From Oculatellaceae cyanobacterium bins.114 (lineage in GTDB: Bacteria > Cyanobacteriota > Cyanobacteriia > Elainellales > Elainellaceae), in the NCBI GenBank assembly GCA_033764315.1, contig JANRJA010000006.1, positions 1-47,319 on the forward strand: a stretch of DNA of 47,319 bases. Reading direction: 5' to 3'. A program made the translations under genes and the position numbers. Of this stretch, positions 47,187 through 47,319 are shown one piece after another (within the stretch, counting starts at the first letter, position 1; the number at the start of each line of letters is the position of its first letter). Below the pieces are notes generated by a model, which was not told where the DNA came from, searched no databases, and worked only from the letters and a program-made list of their open reading frames with translations.

Positions 47187-47319
47187 ATGAAGAGCGAAAA
47201 AGGGCTGAGTTTGGTAAGGCGTGCCGAATACTCTGACTGACCAAATCTTCTCATCTATAGCAGTCCTAAATCATTTGTGAGATTAGCAGGTTGTGAGAGG
47301 CGCACCCTGGAGGGGTGCG

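Larger units (their letters stand above)
1..47319. repeat. HIP1 octamer (GCGATCGC) dispersed throughout
   Basis: Dozens of occurrences in coding and intergenic DNA (e.g. 136, 963, 8648), which is diagnostic of most cyanobacteria. They were not counted exactly. Confidence 0.9.

Overview
This is cyanobacterial chromosomal DNA: HIP1 octamers (GCGATCGC) occur throughout, along with cmpABCD, crtD, pxcA, coaD-cdv3 and the SRP RNA. In order, the window holds a 5'-truncated poly-HAMP hybrid histidine kinase and a partner kinase, a site-2 protease, a purine/nitrogen accessory block, crtD, an M16 peptidase, a fructosamine kinase, ffs, the BCT1 bicarbonate operon with an ExbB/TolQ-like gene inserted between cmpC and cmpD, acetyltransferases, a secreted-type alpha-amylase, ispD, coaD/cdv3, a helicase-like protein and pxcA. 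The strongest observation is not in the ORF track. A canonical guanidine-I (ykkC-yxkD subtype 1) riboswitch lies at about 13573-13689, with an overlapping terminator hairpin and a perfect NtcA box upstream. It sits in front of a metallo-beta-lactamase-fold hydrolase and an orphan BMP-family Tat lipoprotein, not the gene families usually found behind guanidine riboswitches. An 8-oxoguanine-deaminase-like gene, a beta carbonic anhydrase, a cupin and an AraC regulator lie next to it. This is a candidate undescribed pathway for scavenging nitrogen from guanidine or guanidino compounds; its novelty cannot be confirmed without database searches. The intergenic regions are rich in MITE-like, REP-like and heptamer repeats, and there is one receiver-domain pseudogene. 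No CRISPR array, tRNA, rRNA or intact transposase was seen.
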